A DNA stretch of 64,000 nt, taken from the NCBI GenBank assembly GCA_002633005.1, contig NMRA01000154.1, forward strand, positions 120,216 to 184,215, given 5' to 3'. Source of the stretch: Phoronis australis (taxonomy: Eukaryota; Animalia; Phoronida). The notes under the pieces are model-generated. The model did not search any database and was not told the DNA's origin. It was given only the letters and a program-made list of their open reading frames with translations. Every line of letters begins with the position of its first letter. Within the stretch, counting starts at the first letter, position 1. Of this stretch, positions 15,101-27,857 are shown piece after piece. The position numbers and the translations under genes are program-made.

Positions 15101-15774
15101 CATTTTTGAATACATGTTTCGGGGCACTGTGTCTGATCAAGTCCCAACAGACCTGCAACTATGGATGAAAGCGTGTGGGTGTACGTTGATAATCCTATCC
15201 AGCCCATTTCCAAGGGACCAGACTATGATCGAATTTCTGTAGGAGGTTCTATCTTGGACATGTTGATATTTTTATGCGCAAGAATGAGATTCAATAATCT
15301 TTTGCTTAAAGAGTTTTTGAAGAATATCGTTCGGTTTGTTTAATGTTTTTGTGATAAAATAATTCAGATGTACAACCGATTTCTTGTTTCTGAGTTCGGT
15401 AACAGAAATTTTGATTTTTCTACCTGGCATGAGGTAATTCAGTTCAAGACGGTCACTCAGAGAATGTATCAAACGTGCAGAGAAGCCTCTGTCAACCATT
15501 ACTGGGAAAGATGCTTAACGAGGATACTAGCTGTGATGTAAGTCTGATGGTTTGTTCTATCCAGAGCAAAAAACTCAACAGCACTCTGTTGGTTCTGAGT
15601 GACTGTTTTGGAGTGAGTGACATGTATGAGAGTCATCTGGTGTTATTGTCAAATGTGACCCACTAAATCACATGCATGGTCATTGGGGGAGTGTCTTGGC
15701 TGATTTGTTTGTATGCCTATGTGTGTGTGATGTCTCCTGGGTCTGTTTTGTACCAGTGTCCTGGTTGTCCACAG

Positions 15775-16245
15775 CCCGTTGTTGTGTGATACCAGGATAT
15801 CATGAGTTTGTAGTACTTGGATAACACGAGTGTGTTTTGTTAGGATAATGTTTGGATTTCATGAGTTTGTAGTACTTGGAAAACATGAGTGTGTGGTACT
15901 TGAATAACATCAAGTGTGTTCTGCTTGGATAACACTTGGATAACACTTGGATATCATGGGTTTATGGTACTAGGATAACATGGGTGTGTGACACTGAGAT
16001 AACATGAATGTGTGATAATAAGATAAGTGTGTGGCACTAGGATTACTTAAGTGTCTGACACTTATGAGTGTGTGATACTAGAATAACATATGAGTTTGTG
16101 ATACTAGGACAACACAACTGTGTTTTACTAGGATAATGCTTGTGTGCAATACTAAAATAACACGCGTGTGCAATACTAGTAGGGCAACACGTGTGTGATA
16201 CAAGGAAAACAGGAATGTGTGATGCTAGGATATCATGAGTAGCAA
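15775..16245. repeat. Degenerate minisatellite, unit about 25 bp (gtgtgatactaggataacacga)
   Basis: Recurrent tactaggataaca / tacttggataaca motifs. Confidence 0.85.
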
Positions 16246-17689
16246 AAACACTGACTTTGTACAAAGATGTGCTGTCCCTGATATTCGTTGAACTGTAGTA
16301 GTTTTTTTTTTTCAACACCAATATTATTTTAAAACAGGAATACATAAATGGTGCACAACCAGAAATTCGTTTAACGAATCGATAAACAAATGTGCTCTTT
16401 TCCTGCATAAAAGATGTGAACTTGGTTGCCACGCTTCAAAGATACCGACAAAAACAACAGTTTTGAGGTAGCTCTGAAATGGACAACAAAGTGCCTGGAA
16501 ATCATGTAACCCTTGCACCTGTTTGAATTACTGGCGTCTTTGATAGCAGCAAAGATGTCTAAAATACTAGCATTTTAGCCAGTTTGTGAACAGGATTTAA
16601 GCCTTGAATTTTGTCTTGCTTGAGCTGGCTGTAATAGCTGCTTTTCATATCGAGATGGCAACAGTATAAACTATTTATGTTTTAAAAACTTTGTTTACAG
16701 TTTATATTGCATACGCTTAACTGTGTAGATGTAAGCAGTGCGTTACTTGTTATTTCTTGTCAGTTAGACATGGTACTGGAGTGACAATGACACACTATTT
16801 CTACCTCTATCTCTTGGTGCCTGTCCAAACTAAAATGAAATGTCCATAGAATGTGTTTGTTATGCCAGATTATGTTGAAGTGAATCAAAGCACAGTTGCC
16901 TTTATAGTGTTGGATAACGCTTGTGGATCTAGACAGGAGACTATAACTGGAGTAGAGGAAAAATTACCACCAGATGTCAGTGCGTGTAAGGCTGTGTTGT
17001 TTGAAACTGTATGGAACTGGCTCAAACATCTATCATGACCTATTTTATGAAGCATGTTCTATTTATAGCCCACTATGTTATCTAGAGTACACAAAGCTTA
17101 CTTTTGGGGTACGAGAAAGGTAAAAACGTACCATTTTGTGAATAGACCCCTTGTTGCTAACTGTGATGCCTCAGATAGTGATACAAGCAATGACAATAGG
17201 TGTTAGACATGTAATGATAATATTGGTTGGGATAGATATGGTAGTAATAATGCTGCTTACTTGTACTTTATTTTGAAGTGTTTTTGTTGGATTTTAATGT
17301 AGCAGCTTGTGATAAAGTCAGTTGAGGAGAGGGGGCAGGATAGTATTTGTTGTTTTTGTTTAAGTGGGTCCCAACACCTAGTCATTTTGGGCTTGTTTAA
17401 GGATAGTGGCTGCCGGCCAACTCTGTTGACACTGCTGATATTGGGGATAGGGTAAATCAGACAGAGAGGTCATAACCATTTGTTTGTCTTTTACAGGTAA
17501 ACCTGCTCCTCGGACCATGGGATCATTATAACCTGTAGGCTATGTCAATTGTGCTAATTACCTCTAGGCACATTAAGGATAAGTACAAACAAACATGGCC
17601 AGGAACTCATCGCTCCGACATTTAGTCAGTCAGCAAACAACGGCCTGAATTCCATTGAGTCCAAGGGGTCATTAGGTGCGTCTGTCATA

Positions 17690-18428
17690 ATGAGTAGTGA
17701 AAATGAGGCTGAGATTGAGAGTAGCTTGGACACGTATATGGTGAGAGTTTACCTGGGTAGCCTTCACCCGGAACAGGAATTTGTGTGCGTGGAGGTCGAG
17801 AAAAGCACTAGCACTGGGTCATTGCTTAATCAACTGGTTGACCGGTTGAAATTACGGAAATGTGACCGCTTCGAACTGGCCGAGATCCTGTGTTCGGGTG
17901 AACAGTTGTGTAAAGAACGACGATTGGATGCCACCGAGAAACCCGTTGGAATCCAGCTACTCTGGCCTAAGTCGTCATCGGCGACTAATACCGGAGGTCC
18001 TCGTCTGGATTTTGAGTACCGATTTTATCTAAGGAAAAGTGAGATTAATGGAAATCGTACGAGTGGTGGTAAATCGTCTTGGGTGGAGTATACTCAGCCT
18101 GTTCCTGTTGACTCATTTCTGAGTTCATTTCTGCATCACCATCAAAATAAGGAGTACGAGGATTTGTGCAATCTACCCGACTTAAATGAACAAACTCTCC
18201 TGGATAATTTGAAGTCCCGCTTTGACCAGCGCAACATCTACACCTATGTGGGCTCCATCCTAGTGGCAGTCAACCCGTTCCATTTTTTCCCGATCTATAA
18301 CCCCAAATACGTGAAGATGTATCAGAACCGTAGGCTGGGCGATCTTCCACCTCATATATTCGCCTTGGCGGACACGGCGTTCCATAGCATGTTAAACACT
18401 AAGGCGAATCAGTGTATCGTTATATCGG
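17690..18428 (+). CDS. MYO9: Myo9 first coding exon: RA/ubiquitin-like extension and start of motor (DLCNLPDL, IYTYVGSILVAVNPF, LPPHIFA)
   Basis: 250-aa ORF; acceptor ttttacag at 17496; donor G|gtgagt at 18429. Confidence 0.95.
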
Positions 18429-19271
18429 GTGAGTTCATCTAGGAGGTGTCGCTTTTGAAAAGATGTCATAGCCTGTGTTTTGATTTGTAAATGTGGTCAC
18501 TAACGAGCAAATGTTGGCACATGAATATTCCAGTGTCTCAAAATGTGAAGACTTTATGAAACTTTAACTCCAACCTGTTGTTGCTAGGCAGTAGTGTGAG
18601 AAAATGACATTTATTTACTCTCAAAATTGCACTTTAGTCTGTCAACACGTACAATTTTCATATTTAATCTAAATAGATCATTTCAAAGCTGTGTTATTCC
18701 TGTCGTGTATCTGGCTGGAATGCAGACACTTTCATATTTTGTGATTTGTGTTTGGTACTGATGTAATTTCTTCTCTCTCTCACTCTTCTGAAAATGTGCT
18801 CAACATTGATGGTGGCTCAGCTGCTCTTTTCTGCAGTTTTACATGTGATGACACGCTGACAGGTGTCAATCACAACTGAACCTTTTGATCCCAGATGCTT
18901 TCATCTGTTATGTGTTGTCAGGTTCAGAAGTTCTCAGAGAATGCCAAATTCTCATTGTCGAATATGATGAAATATCTCCATTTCTTGATATGAATATTGT
19001 TGTTGACCAGTTTTCTTTGTTATTTGTCCCAGCTTATTGCTAGCCGCATTAGTACACAATTTTTCATAGTTCCATTTCCATTTTTTAATCGTCTGTCAAA
19101 CTTTCACCTGACTTTGCCATACTTACTTCTGACTGGCTTTTCTGTCAAGTTTTCTCATTACTTCTGAAAACTACTCTTGTGGCAAATTCAGGGAGACACT
19201 GATATTGTTTCAGAACAATATTTCATCAATGTGCATTGCTGTTGTATTGATTGACTGTTGTAAACTTGCAG

Positions 19272-19399
19272 GTGAATCTGGCTCAGGTAAGACTGAGAGC
19301 ACTAATTTGTTAATCCATCACCTGACAGCGCTCAGTCAGAAGGGACTTCACGCCAGCGGAGTAGAGCAGACCATCCTTGGCGCAGGGCCGGTGCTAGAG
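19272..19399 (+). CDS. MYO9: Myo9 exon, P-loop GESGSGKT
   Basis: ttgcag acceptor, gtgagt donor, phase 1 to 0. Confidence 0.97.
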
Positions 19400-20116
19400 G
19401 TGAGTGGAGGCTCAGGTGTAGACTCTTGCCTCCATTTGGGGTCCATTTTTAGATAATCCATACATTAATTTCAGTAATTGAGTCGGACAGTAAAGAAACA
19501 ATCTTCATGATCTGTTTACATACAGAACAAACGATTTCTGTTTCAACTTTTACCTGCAAGGTTCAAGGTCCATAAGGGCCATTACTTTCAGTCAAGGTAT
19601 TCTGTCAATGTTTTAATTGATCTGGAATTAACTGTCGTTTTTATTGACTCGAGTAAAGCCTCTGACATGATTGATCATCCCCAGAGTAATGATAAGACAA
19701 ACCTACTGTTTTATCGTAATTAAATCTATCGTATGCTAGTTTGTTAGATTTGCTTCCAGCTTATTTGTATTCTGCGTGACGCTTCTGGTTGTGTTTTTGC
19801 AATTTACAGCGTTGATCAAGAATAGAAAGTACCACACGTTAATCCTTGCCTCCGTAATGTTTGCTTTAAGTTCTTGGTTAGAGCTACGTGACTTTTACGA
19901 GATAATTCCCAGTCTCTGCAAGATGGCTGTTATAAGATTTTGTCAGATAAACGAAGGTTGGGGTTTTAATGCTTTTTGTAGTGGCAACTTAATTTTATGC
20001 ATAACTTTGTTTTTTTGGGAATTCTAAAGATTTTGCTACAGTGTGAGAAAGGCACTAGTTTCATGCTTGGGAACTTGTAATGCAATTCTCAATTTGTATT
20101 TTATTGAATAATATCT

Positions 20117-20500
20117 GTTAGGTGTGTATAGTAAACTACTAGACTTCAAGCTCTGGTAGAGTAAACTATTTCTTTTTTGGTTTTGGGTTCGTAATGAATA
20201 TGTTGGATGCAAATAATAGTAGTTATTTGATGTAAAAATGATTAGCATCCTTTGGTTTGGAATTGAAAATTTAAAATTGTGGAAAACTCCCCTTCAGGAT
20301 AACTTATTGTTAGGTGTGTATAGTAAACTACTAGACTTCAAGCTCTGGTAGAGTAAACTATTTCTTTTTTGGTTTTGGGTTCATAATGAATATGTTGTAT
20401 GCAAATAATAGTAGTTATTTGATGTAAAAATGATTAGCATCCTTTGGTTTGGAATTGAAAATTTAAAATTGTGGAAAACTCCCCTTCAGGATAACTTATT
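20117..20500. repeat. 192-bp direct tandem duplication, 2 copies
   Basis: 20117-20308 and 20309-20500 identical except two substitutions that I could see. Confidence 0.95.
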
Positions 20501-20659
20501 ATTCATCTGTTTTCTGTGCACAATCTATGTTAATTCACTGAATACAAAACTTTGCGTTTTAAGTATTGCGGTTTGAACTCCATTAGAGTGACAGATTTTC
20601 ATTCAGGTAATTAGTTCTTTCTGACAGTTGATTAATTGTTTCTGACTGAACATCAGCAA

Positions 20660-21070
20660 GAGGTTATGTGGCCTAAGTGGGGTGAATGTCCGCTTCCTTT
20701 ACTCAAGGCTGTGTGTTCGAGTCCTACAGGGGTACACCGCTGGACTTTAGCTCGTCAGCTATATATATATATATAAATATAAAGCATAAAAATGGTTCCA
20801 GGTGACCAGTGCAATGGGCTCACCTGAGCAGTCTGCACACGTCTGGTACGTGTACCAACCCTTACAAAAATGAACTAAAGTTTTGGGCGAAAAACTTAGG
20901 TTTTAAAAACTCAAGTTTCTTTTAAAAACTTCATTTTTTCGGAAGAACTTAAGTTTTTCATCTAAAACTCATGTTATTTTCCAAAAACTTAAGTTTTTGG
21001 AGAAAAACTTAAGTTTTCAGCAAAAAAATTAAGTTCATTTTTGTAAGGGAAACCACCTGCAATTATATTT
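20660..21070 (+). mobile_element. tRNA-derived SINE interrupted by a MITE
   Basis: A-box-like tggcctaagtgg, B-box gttcgagtcc; body aligns with 29648-29885. Confidence 0.8.
20859..21049. mobile_element. MITE with CCC...GGG termini and 2-bp TSD (CMC/EnSpm-like)
   Basis: TIR cccttacaaaaatgaact / agttcatttttgtaaggg, flanked by AA on both sides; internal ~21-bp aaaacttaagtttt repeats. Confidence 0.85.
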
Positions 21071-21838
21071 TGAACATCAGTTGGTCACTCAGACATTTTC
21101 TGCCACTTTTTACTACCACGGAACAGCTCTACCTTACTTCTGTATTCAAATCTGGTCACTTTCTCAGAGACACTGGTTTGGCAGGTGATTGAAAAAATTC
21201 TACTCTGTTTGAATACTTAAAGTGCATGCCTACAACCCCCACAGGGGAGATAATAGCTGGCTTGTCAGCTACTACTTGCTAACTCAATGTTATCAGGTAG
21301 GCATTGTTTCAATGTCCACGCAGTTATCTATTGTCAGGTCTTCATTGCTGATTTATCGGCCACTCTTTATGCTGTAGTTCAATGTTCATCAATCACTCCA
21401 CTGATTAATCACACTTTTGTGGGTCACCAGGATTAAATGTGTTTAATTGCTATTATAGTCACTTTTAGAGGTGCACAAAGTCAGGTGTCGTGTTATTCAG
21501 TGGACGAATCTGGTTCTCAAAATCAGAGGCAACTTAAAGAGACTTGTCAACAAAACTAGTGAACTCTGTATTTATAAAGTTCCGTTTTTGATTTGATTAA
21601 TTCGTCCTTTGCTTGCACTTTCAGTGGAAACTTATGTGAAGTAGGATCCGATGTAAATTTTGAGTCGATATTCAAATATTCAAAGTTATGCTTGTGTTAG
21701 ATCATTACTAACAATATAATCCTAATTCACTTGACGTTTAGTCACAGTTTATTTTGAAAATGAGTGCAAAAATCTGCGCAGTGTTTAACTGAGTCAGTTT
21801 ATCACAAGGCATCAAATGTAAGGTAGTGTTTCGCGTCT

Positions 21839-21934
21839 TTGCCTACTTAGCATATTGCCTACTTAGCATATTGCCTACTTAGCATATTGCCTATTTAGCA
21901 TATTGCCTACTTAGCATATTGCCTATTTAGCATA
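21839..21934. repeat. 16-bp minisatellite (ttgcctacttagcata) x6
   Basis: Direct reading. Confidence 0.95.
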
Positions 21935-24900
21935 TCTGTTGGGTGTTCCACTTCTGTTCGTCAATAATAATGTGTTCCTAAACTATGGCCTGAAGATGAT
22001 TGCTTTGGTGTGGTCTTCAATGGCATTTGGTACTAAATAGTTCATTTAATTGGCTCATAAATTTCCCTGCCCCTGGGTTCAGTTTATTTCGTCTTTGTAT
22101 GTTCTAATGTTCAGATAGCAGTTTAATGGTTCGAGTTGCTTCACCGATCGCCCAGAACAGGTAGTGTAAGTGTTCGAACACACAAATCAATGTTGGCTAT
22201 CTGCAAGTGTCTTTAGGAAATGACTGATTTCTTATGAGTTCAAATTTGTCGCATTGATTTTTTTGACTGACCCTAAATGTGTCCAAGCGGTCGGAGTAAA
22301 ATTAAACGACTTTTTATTCTAAACAAGTGATGGGAGATCTTGGACAACACTAGGATTAATCTGGTAAAGTTTCTCCGAATTAGGACGCAATATTGCGTAA
22401 GATTTTAGTTTATTGAAATTTTCAACAAGAGTAAACAAGAAGACAATTTTACTTGATGTTTTGAAAACTTTATGGTTCATCAAGAAATATGCAGTGAGCA
22501 TTTGAAAAAATAAAATTTTGACCATTGTTTTTGACTTGTTCGAGTTCAAGGAAACTTTACCATAATACGGACTCCATGCTGACGTTGGTTGGACTTTATT
22601 TCCAACACTATGATGTTCATTTCTATTCAATGTCTCGCGTTTCTATATGTGTGACATGTCGGAGGTGCACTGGTACATTTTTCGTTAACATGCACTAATT
22701 TTTAAGTTTACTCATGGCATTCCTTAGCTTGGACTCGTAGAGGATTTGTAGGCTGTATATTTGTTATTAGACTTGCTCAAACACAGAAGTCAGAGATTCC
22801 AAGCCCGTCTGTCTTGTCTAGACCAAGAAGTCACTGCCCGTTTTGTCTGCCAGGGTTGGCATACTGATTTGATTCTTAATATCCAGACCTTCAGTTGTGA
22901 CCATGACATTTAATTTTTCAAACAAATCGCGCATTTGCAAAATCGCTGTTGTATCTATTTGTTATAGTTTAATTTGTTTACACACAATCACCAATTTATT
23001 TCATTCATCTGCGCATCAGATAACAAAATCCATTTTCGTGGGAATCTCTTGAGTTTTCGCTTCATCAAGATCTGCTCATGTAGTGACATCATTGAGGTTT
23101 AATTCTAAATTAACTGATGCATCGTGGGAAGTTGTAACTTCCAATCACTGAAAGTACAGTACTTAATTTTTACTTTCATCACTGCGTAATGCACCATTCT
23201 GTTACTGCAATGTTCTCAGCCTGTTTCACAAAAATCAATCAAGCCAAGGCTGAAACACGGGCTGATCCAGGATTTCAAAAATATGGTGTCCAAAATGTCT
23301 TTTCTGATTTCTCAGGGTGTCCATGGCCAATGATATTCGTCGTTTTTTTTTGTTTTTTTTTTGATTCCAAGTCTAACTGTTATTATAGTTTGGAATGTCA
23401 CTGTAACATTGGTCCTATCTTACACACGTTTTTTATGCAAGACTGGCCAATGGGCTCACAGAACTGCTATCAACAAGTAAAAAGACACCAACGCCTATTT
23501 GCTTTCTTTCCTGGGGCATTCAAATGCTGAACAGGACATCCTAGCTAGTCACTGTGTTCATTTTTATGTCTTGGACACCCACTAGGTCTGATTACAGTGT
23601 TTGGAAGGTCATCATGGGAATGCATCAATTTGAACTGCTTGCAGAGAGCATATTGTTCACTTGCCCACTCTAAACCATACATGGTTGATACTGTAATGCA
23701 CAGGGACTTATACCCGTCATAAATGTGACTCAGGCTGCAACTGTTTGCTAATCTGGGGTTCCCATCTTCTGTCATGTTCTGCCACATGTTAGTGACTACA
23801 GCATACCATGATGTCATCTAACAGTTTGCCAGATGACAAAACCAACTTGATGTGAGTTGCTATATGCTTGTGCTCCAATAACATTAGTAGTTTTTAGGGC
23901 AACCTTCCTCCCTCCCCCCATCTAGAATATTGACATTGTCACCAGAAAAAGATGATTTTACTCAAGAGTGATCGACATGAAAGAATTTCTCTAATGGTAT
24001 AAATATACTAAAATAAATGACTGCCAGATTGTTATGGTAAAAAATTTCTAGTTTGGGTCTGCGAAAATTCAGCTTTAGTTGATGCTTGTACAAAATTTTA
24101 TAAATAGGCCCTATTGACTGTCCAAAATTCAAGAACTTCAATAAGCAAGTAACGATCATTCACCTCGAGCATACATACAGTAGGAAAACATGAAAATGTT
24201 CCTTAATGGCTATTTTCTACGATTCTGTGTAAAGCAAAGTCTATTTTTGATACACAAGGCAGTGTTCAATATTTTGAGAAACCAAATTCACCCGTATCCC
24301 AATATTCAGAATCAAGAAAGTTTAATGATTGCCTAGAATTGTTGTGTCCCCAATTTTAGAGATTGTCTCAAACTGCAGAGTTTATATTGTAATCAGTATG
24401 CATCTATAAGATAACTTTTCTCTTAGTCTTTGGAGTCTCGCATTTTCTATTGGCCAGATTTGTATAGAAGTTGGTTAATTAAGGAAATGTGCTTGTGTGC
24501 ACCATGCTTCTCTGCTGGAAATTCAAAATAATTATTAGTAGAATACCAAACCTGTTGTGACCTCATGCGTGTGTATTATCAGGTCAAAACAGGGTACTGT
24601 ACATCAGGACTATCATGTTAAACCTAGTCTTGCCATAATTTCAGTTACAAGTGGGGATCATGTTTTATGTAGGCCATCTCATGTCTCTCCAGCCTCATAT
24701 ATTTATATCCTGGTTCAGACACTTAGCTGTACTCAAGTACCTAATGTGATTGACACTTTAAGTTTGCTTTTTAGCCTCTGCAGAACATAGACTGTGTATT
24801 GGATTTGATTGTTTATAGATCAGTGACCAACATGAAACAGTTTGAATCAACTGGTTGTCAATTGAGTTGTGTTTGGGTTGCAAGCCAGTTTTGAAAGTAT

Positions 24901-25756
24901 TTCACTGTAAATCAAATGTACCTTAGTGATTCAGGTTATGATTTCTGATTGCAATTTGCTCTTTACAAAGCCAACAGTGCTTGTGCCTTACATGTTACCG
25001 TATGTACTGACATGTGGAGCTTAATTTTGGAGAAGCTAAGTCACCTCAATTTTTTCCTCAGGTGTCCGTAAAATTAGTTGGTAATAATACTGTTCTATTG
25101 AGAACATGGAATTGTCAACCCTCGAGGAATGTGTGAAAAAAATAATGCTGTATTTTTCTTTTCCATTGTGTCATCCAAAACATTTCTATAAACCCATCAT
25201 TTATGTAGCAATGTGTGATTTGTTCAGAATGACTTCTATCATTTTCAGTTTTGTGACTCATTTTCATCACCTATTTTCAAGTCTTTTTGGGTTGAAAACA
25301 TAAATTTCCTTAAAGTGTGTGGTTCAATTGACACAAAACTTTACACATGTATTTTGTGGCCAAGGGAACCTTGTCTGAGACATTCGCTTTTCATCACTGT
25401 AGAGATGTCGACTGCCAAAAATGAAGTCTGGATATTGTTTATAATCATGGCATTTTGATGGTTGATATTTATGCTGTTTGAGATATTAAAAATCTGAGAT
25501 TGATTTCCTGGGTATTGACAGATTGAGTGTAAGTTTCATATATAAATACAACCACTTTTTAGGATTTTTTTTAATTTCATATTCAGAACAAAGAATTAGA
25601 AATTTCGGGAACAAATGGCGTTCGTGCGATAATAAGGCAGCTACTTTGTAAGCCATTATTTAAGATTTTATAATTAGAGACTATTCTGAAAATATTTGAA
25701 TGAAAATGGACAGTTAAGTTTTGTAATGAAAAATGCTCTCGTGTTTTTACTTGCAG

Positions 25757-25851
25757 GCTTTTGGCAATGCTAAAACTGTGCACAATAACAATTCTAGTCG
25801 GTTTGGCAAGTTTATCCAAGTCAACTACAAAGAAAATGGAATGGTTCATGG
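25757..25851 (+). CDS. MYO9: Myo9 exon, switch I ([22 protein letters not shown])
   Basis: ttgcag / gtaagg; canonical myosin motif. Confidence 0.97.
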
Positions 25852-26760
25852 GTAAGGATCACCAGTTGTGTGTGTGTTGTAACCATGCGTAGCACTGTTC
25901 TGTGCAACTGTACATGGGTAAGGATCACCAGTTGTGTGTGTGTTGTAATCGTGTGTAGCACAGGACTCAAAAACACGGGAACGGACGCATGAACACGACT
26001 CACGGACCGGCAAACACCGTCCACTGACTCACAAACGCGGGAACGGACTCACAAAACACGATCCACGCACCCAAATACACGGGACACGGACTCATATTCA
26101 CGAGGAAACACGGTTAACGGACCGCCAAACACGATCCACGCCGATAAAGCATGCCATAAACACGGGACACGGACTCATCGCCTTCCTAGGTCAGCCTCAA
26201 GATGGCGTTAATCTGCTTAGCGATCAGCGCTCTCTTGAGGCTTGTGTACGAGGATGCTTCCCAAGTCGCTAGTCTCACTGTCAAAATTAAGATTTGATGT
26301 TACAAACAGGTTTGGAAAGTCAATAAATTGCAGAACGAATAATTAGTTTCAATAATGTTTATTGTTTCTAAATCAAAACAATTACATCACAGTACAGACA
26401 AAAATAACATCAAAAATATATTTAATCTCGCACCCATTACACAGCTGTCAACGCTGAAGTTGACATTTTGTCCGTTGACCGTGTTTGGCGGTCCGTTAAC
26501 CGTGTTTCCTCGTGAATATGAGTCCGTGTCCCGTGTATTTGGGTGCGTGGATCGTGTTTTGTGAGTCCGTTCCCGTGTTTGTGAGTCAGTGGACGGTGTT
26601 TGCCGGTCCGTGAGTCGTGTTCATGCGTCCGTTCCCGTGTTTTTGAGTCCGTTGACCGTGTAGTTTAGGTACCTTGGCACTGTTCTTTGCAACTGTACAT
26701 GGTTAAGGATTACAAGTTGTGTGTGTTGTTGTGTGTAGCACTGTTCTGTAAAACTGTACA
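25847..26760 (+). repeat. 66-bp minisatellite containing the exon donor site, interrupted by a foldback element
   Basis: catgggtaaggatc at 25847 and 25913, degenerate copy at 26698. Confidence 0.9.
25962..26676. mobile_element. Foldback/MITE with ~170-bp near-perfect inverted repeats
   Basis: 25963-26132 is the reverse complement of ~26480-26650; modular acacgg/acggactc subrepeats. Confidence 0.9.
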
Positions 26761-27287
26761 TTACCATAGTTCGCACTAACCTGAAACTAGGTCATTCAGT
26801 TTTGAAATATAGGTCAGTTAGTTACTGTGGTGCTGGAGGGAGAGTAATGGTCCCAGTGCCAACTAGTGATTCATTTTTTGAGTTCATTTTTCTACCAGAA
26901 GAACTGAAATGTTGCGTGATTAAAAAGATGGATTTTCATTGTGTATAGTATTCAGAAAGCTAGTCAAAGCTCATGAGGCAGTGACAGGAAAACAGCAGAT
27001 GTCCGTGTTTGTGTGTTGGAAATGAATGTTTTGCATTACATTGGTGGGACATTAGGAATAACAAGTATGGCAATATCATTGATCGATAAATTTCACAAAA
27101 TGCTTCCCATTAAACTTACTATCAACCCCGAAATCTACTTTTGATGTATACCACTTGAAGGAAAACGTGTTGTTTTTCACTAGATGCCTCATTTACTTGA
27201 TATAAAACACACGACTGCCCTTGTTCTGTTATTGGTTTTGCAATTTTCTTGCTTCAGATCAGTAATTACTTCGGCTTTCTATTTCAG

Positions 27288-27350
27288 GGCAATCGTTGAA
27301 AAATATCTATTGGAAAAGTCAAGAATAGTTTCGCAGGCTTCCAATGAAAG
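27288..27350 (+). CDS. MYO9: Myo9 exon (AIVEKYLLEKSRIVSQASNER)
   Basis: tttcag / gtttgt; phase 2-2; YLLEKSR motif. Confidence 0.95.
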
Positions 27351-27857
27351 GTTTGTCGTTGCTTAAAATTTTGTATCCTGTTTTTGGTGAGGTTATTCAC
27401 ATTTTGTAAAGTGTTGGTATTTTCTTGGAAGTCTCAATGTGGTGCAAAATGGTAACTTATAGCAGACGGTCATTTGAGATACATAAGGCACTACATAAGT
27501 TGTAATTATCGTGCTTGTATTTCATGGTGTTCTTAAGTGTCGCTGTTAGTCCAGAAAACATAGCTGGTTCTCATACGCACCGGACTCATTTTGAAACCTG
27601 CACCTCACAAAAGCACCCGTTTGTTCTTTTTCCTAAAAGTGCACAAAATTACAGTATTTTTTTTAATTGTGCGTCCTGTCGACTTGACCGTGTTGTTACG
27701 ATACGGATCACTAGCAAGTCTTTGTTTGTATTCTTAAGTGCTTAACCCATTCAAACGTGGTTCATCTTATTATGAAGTTGGACATTTTTGGACGTCCAAA
27801 AGCAGGCTCAGGTTCTTTGCTAGGAATTTGCCGCTTCTCAAAAAAGTAAATCTCTTG

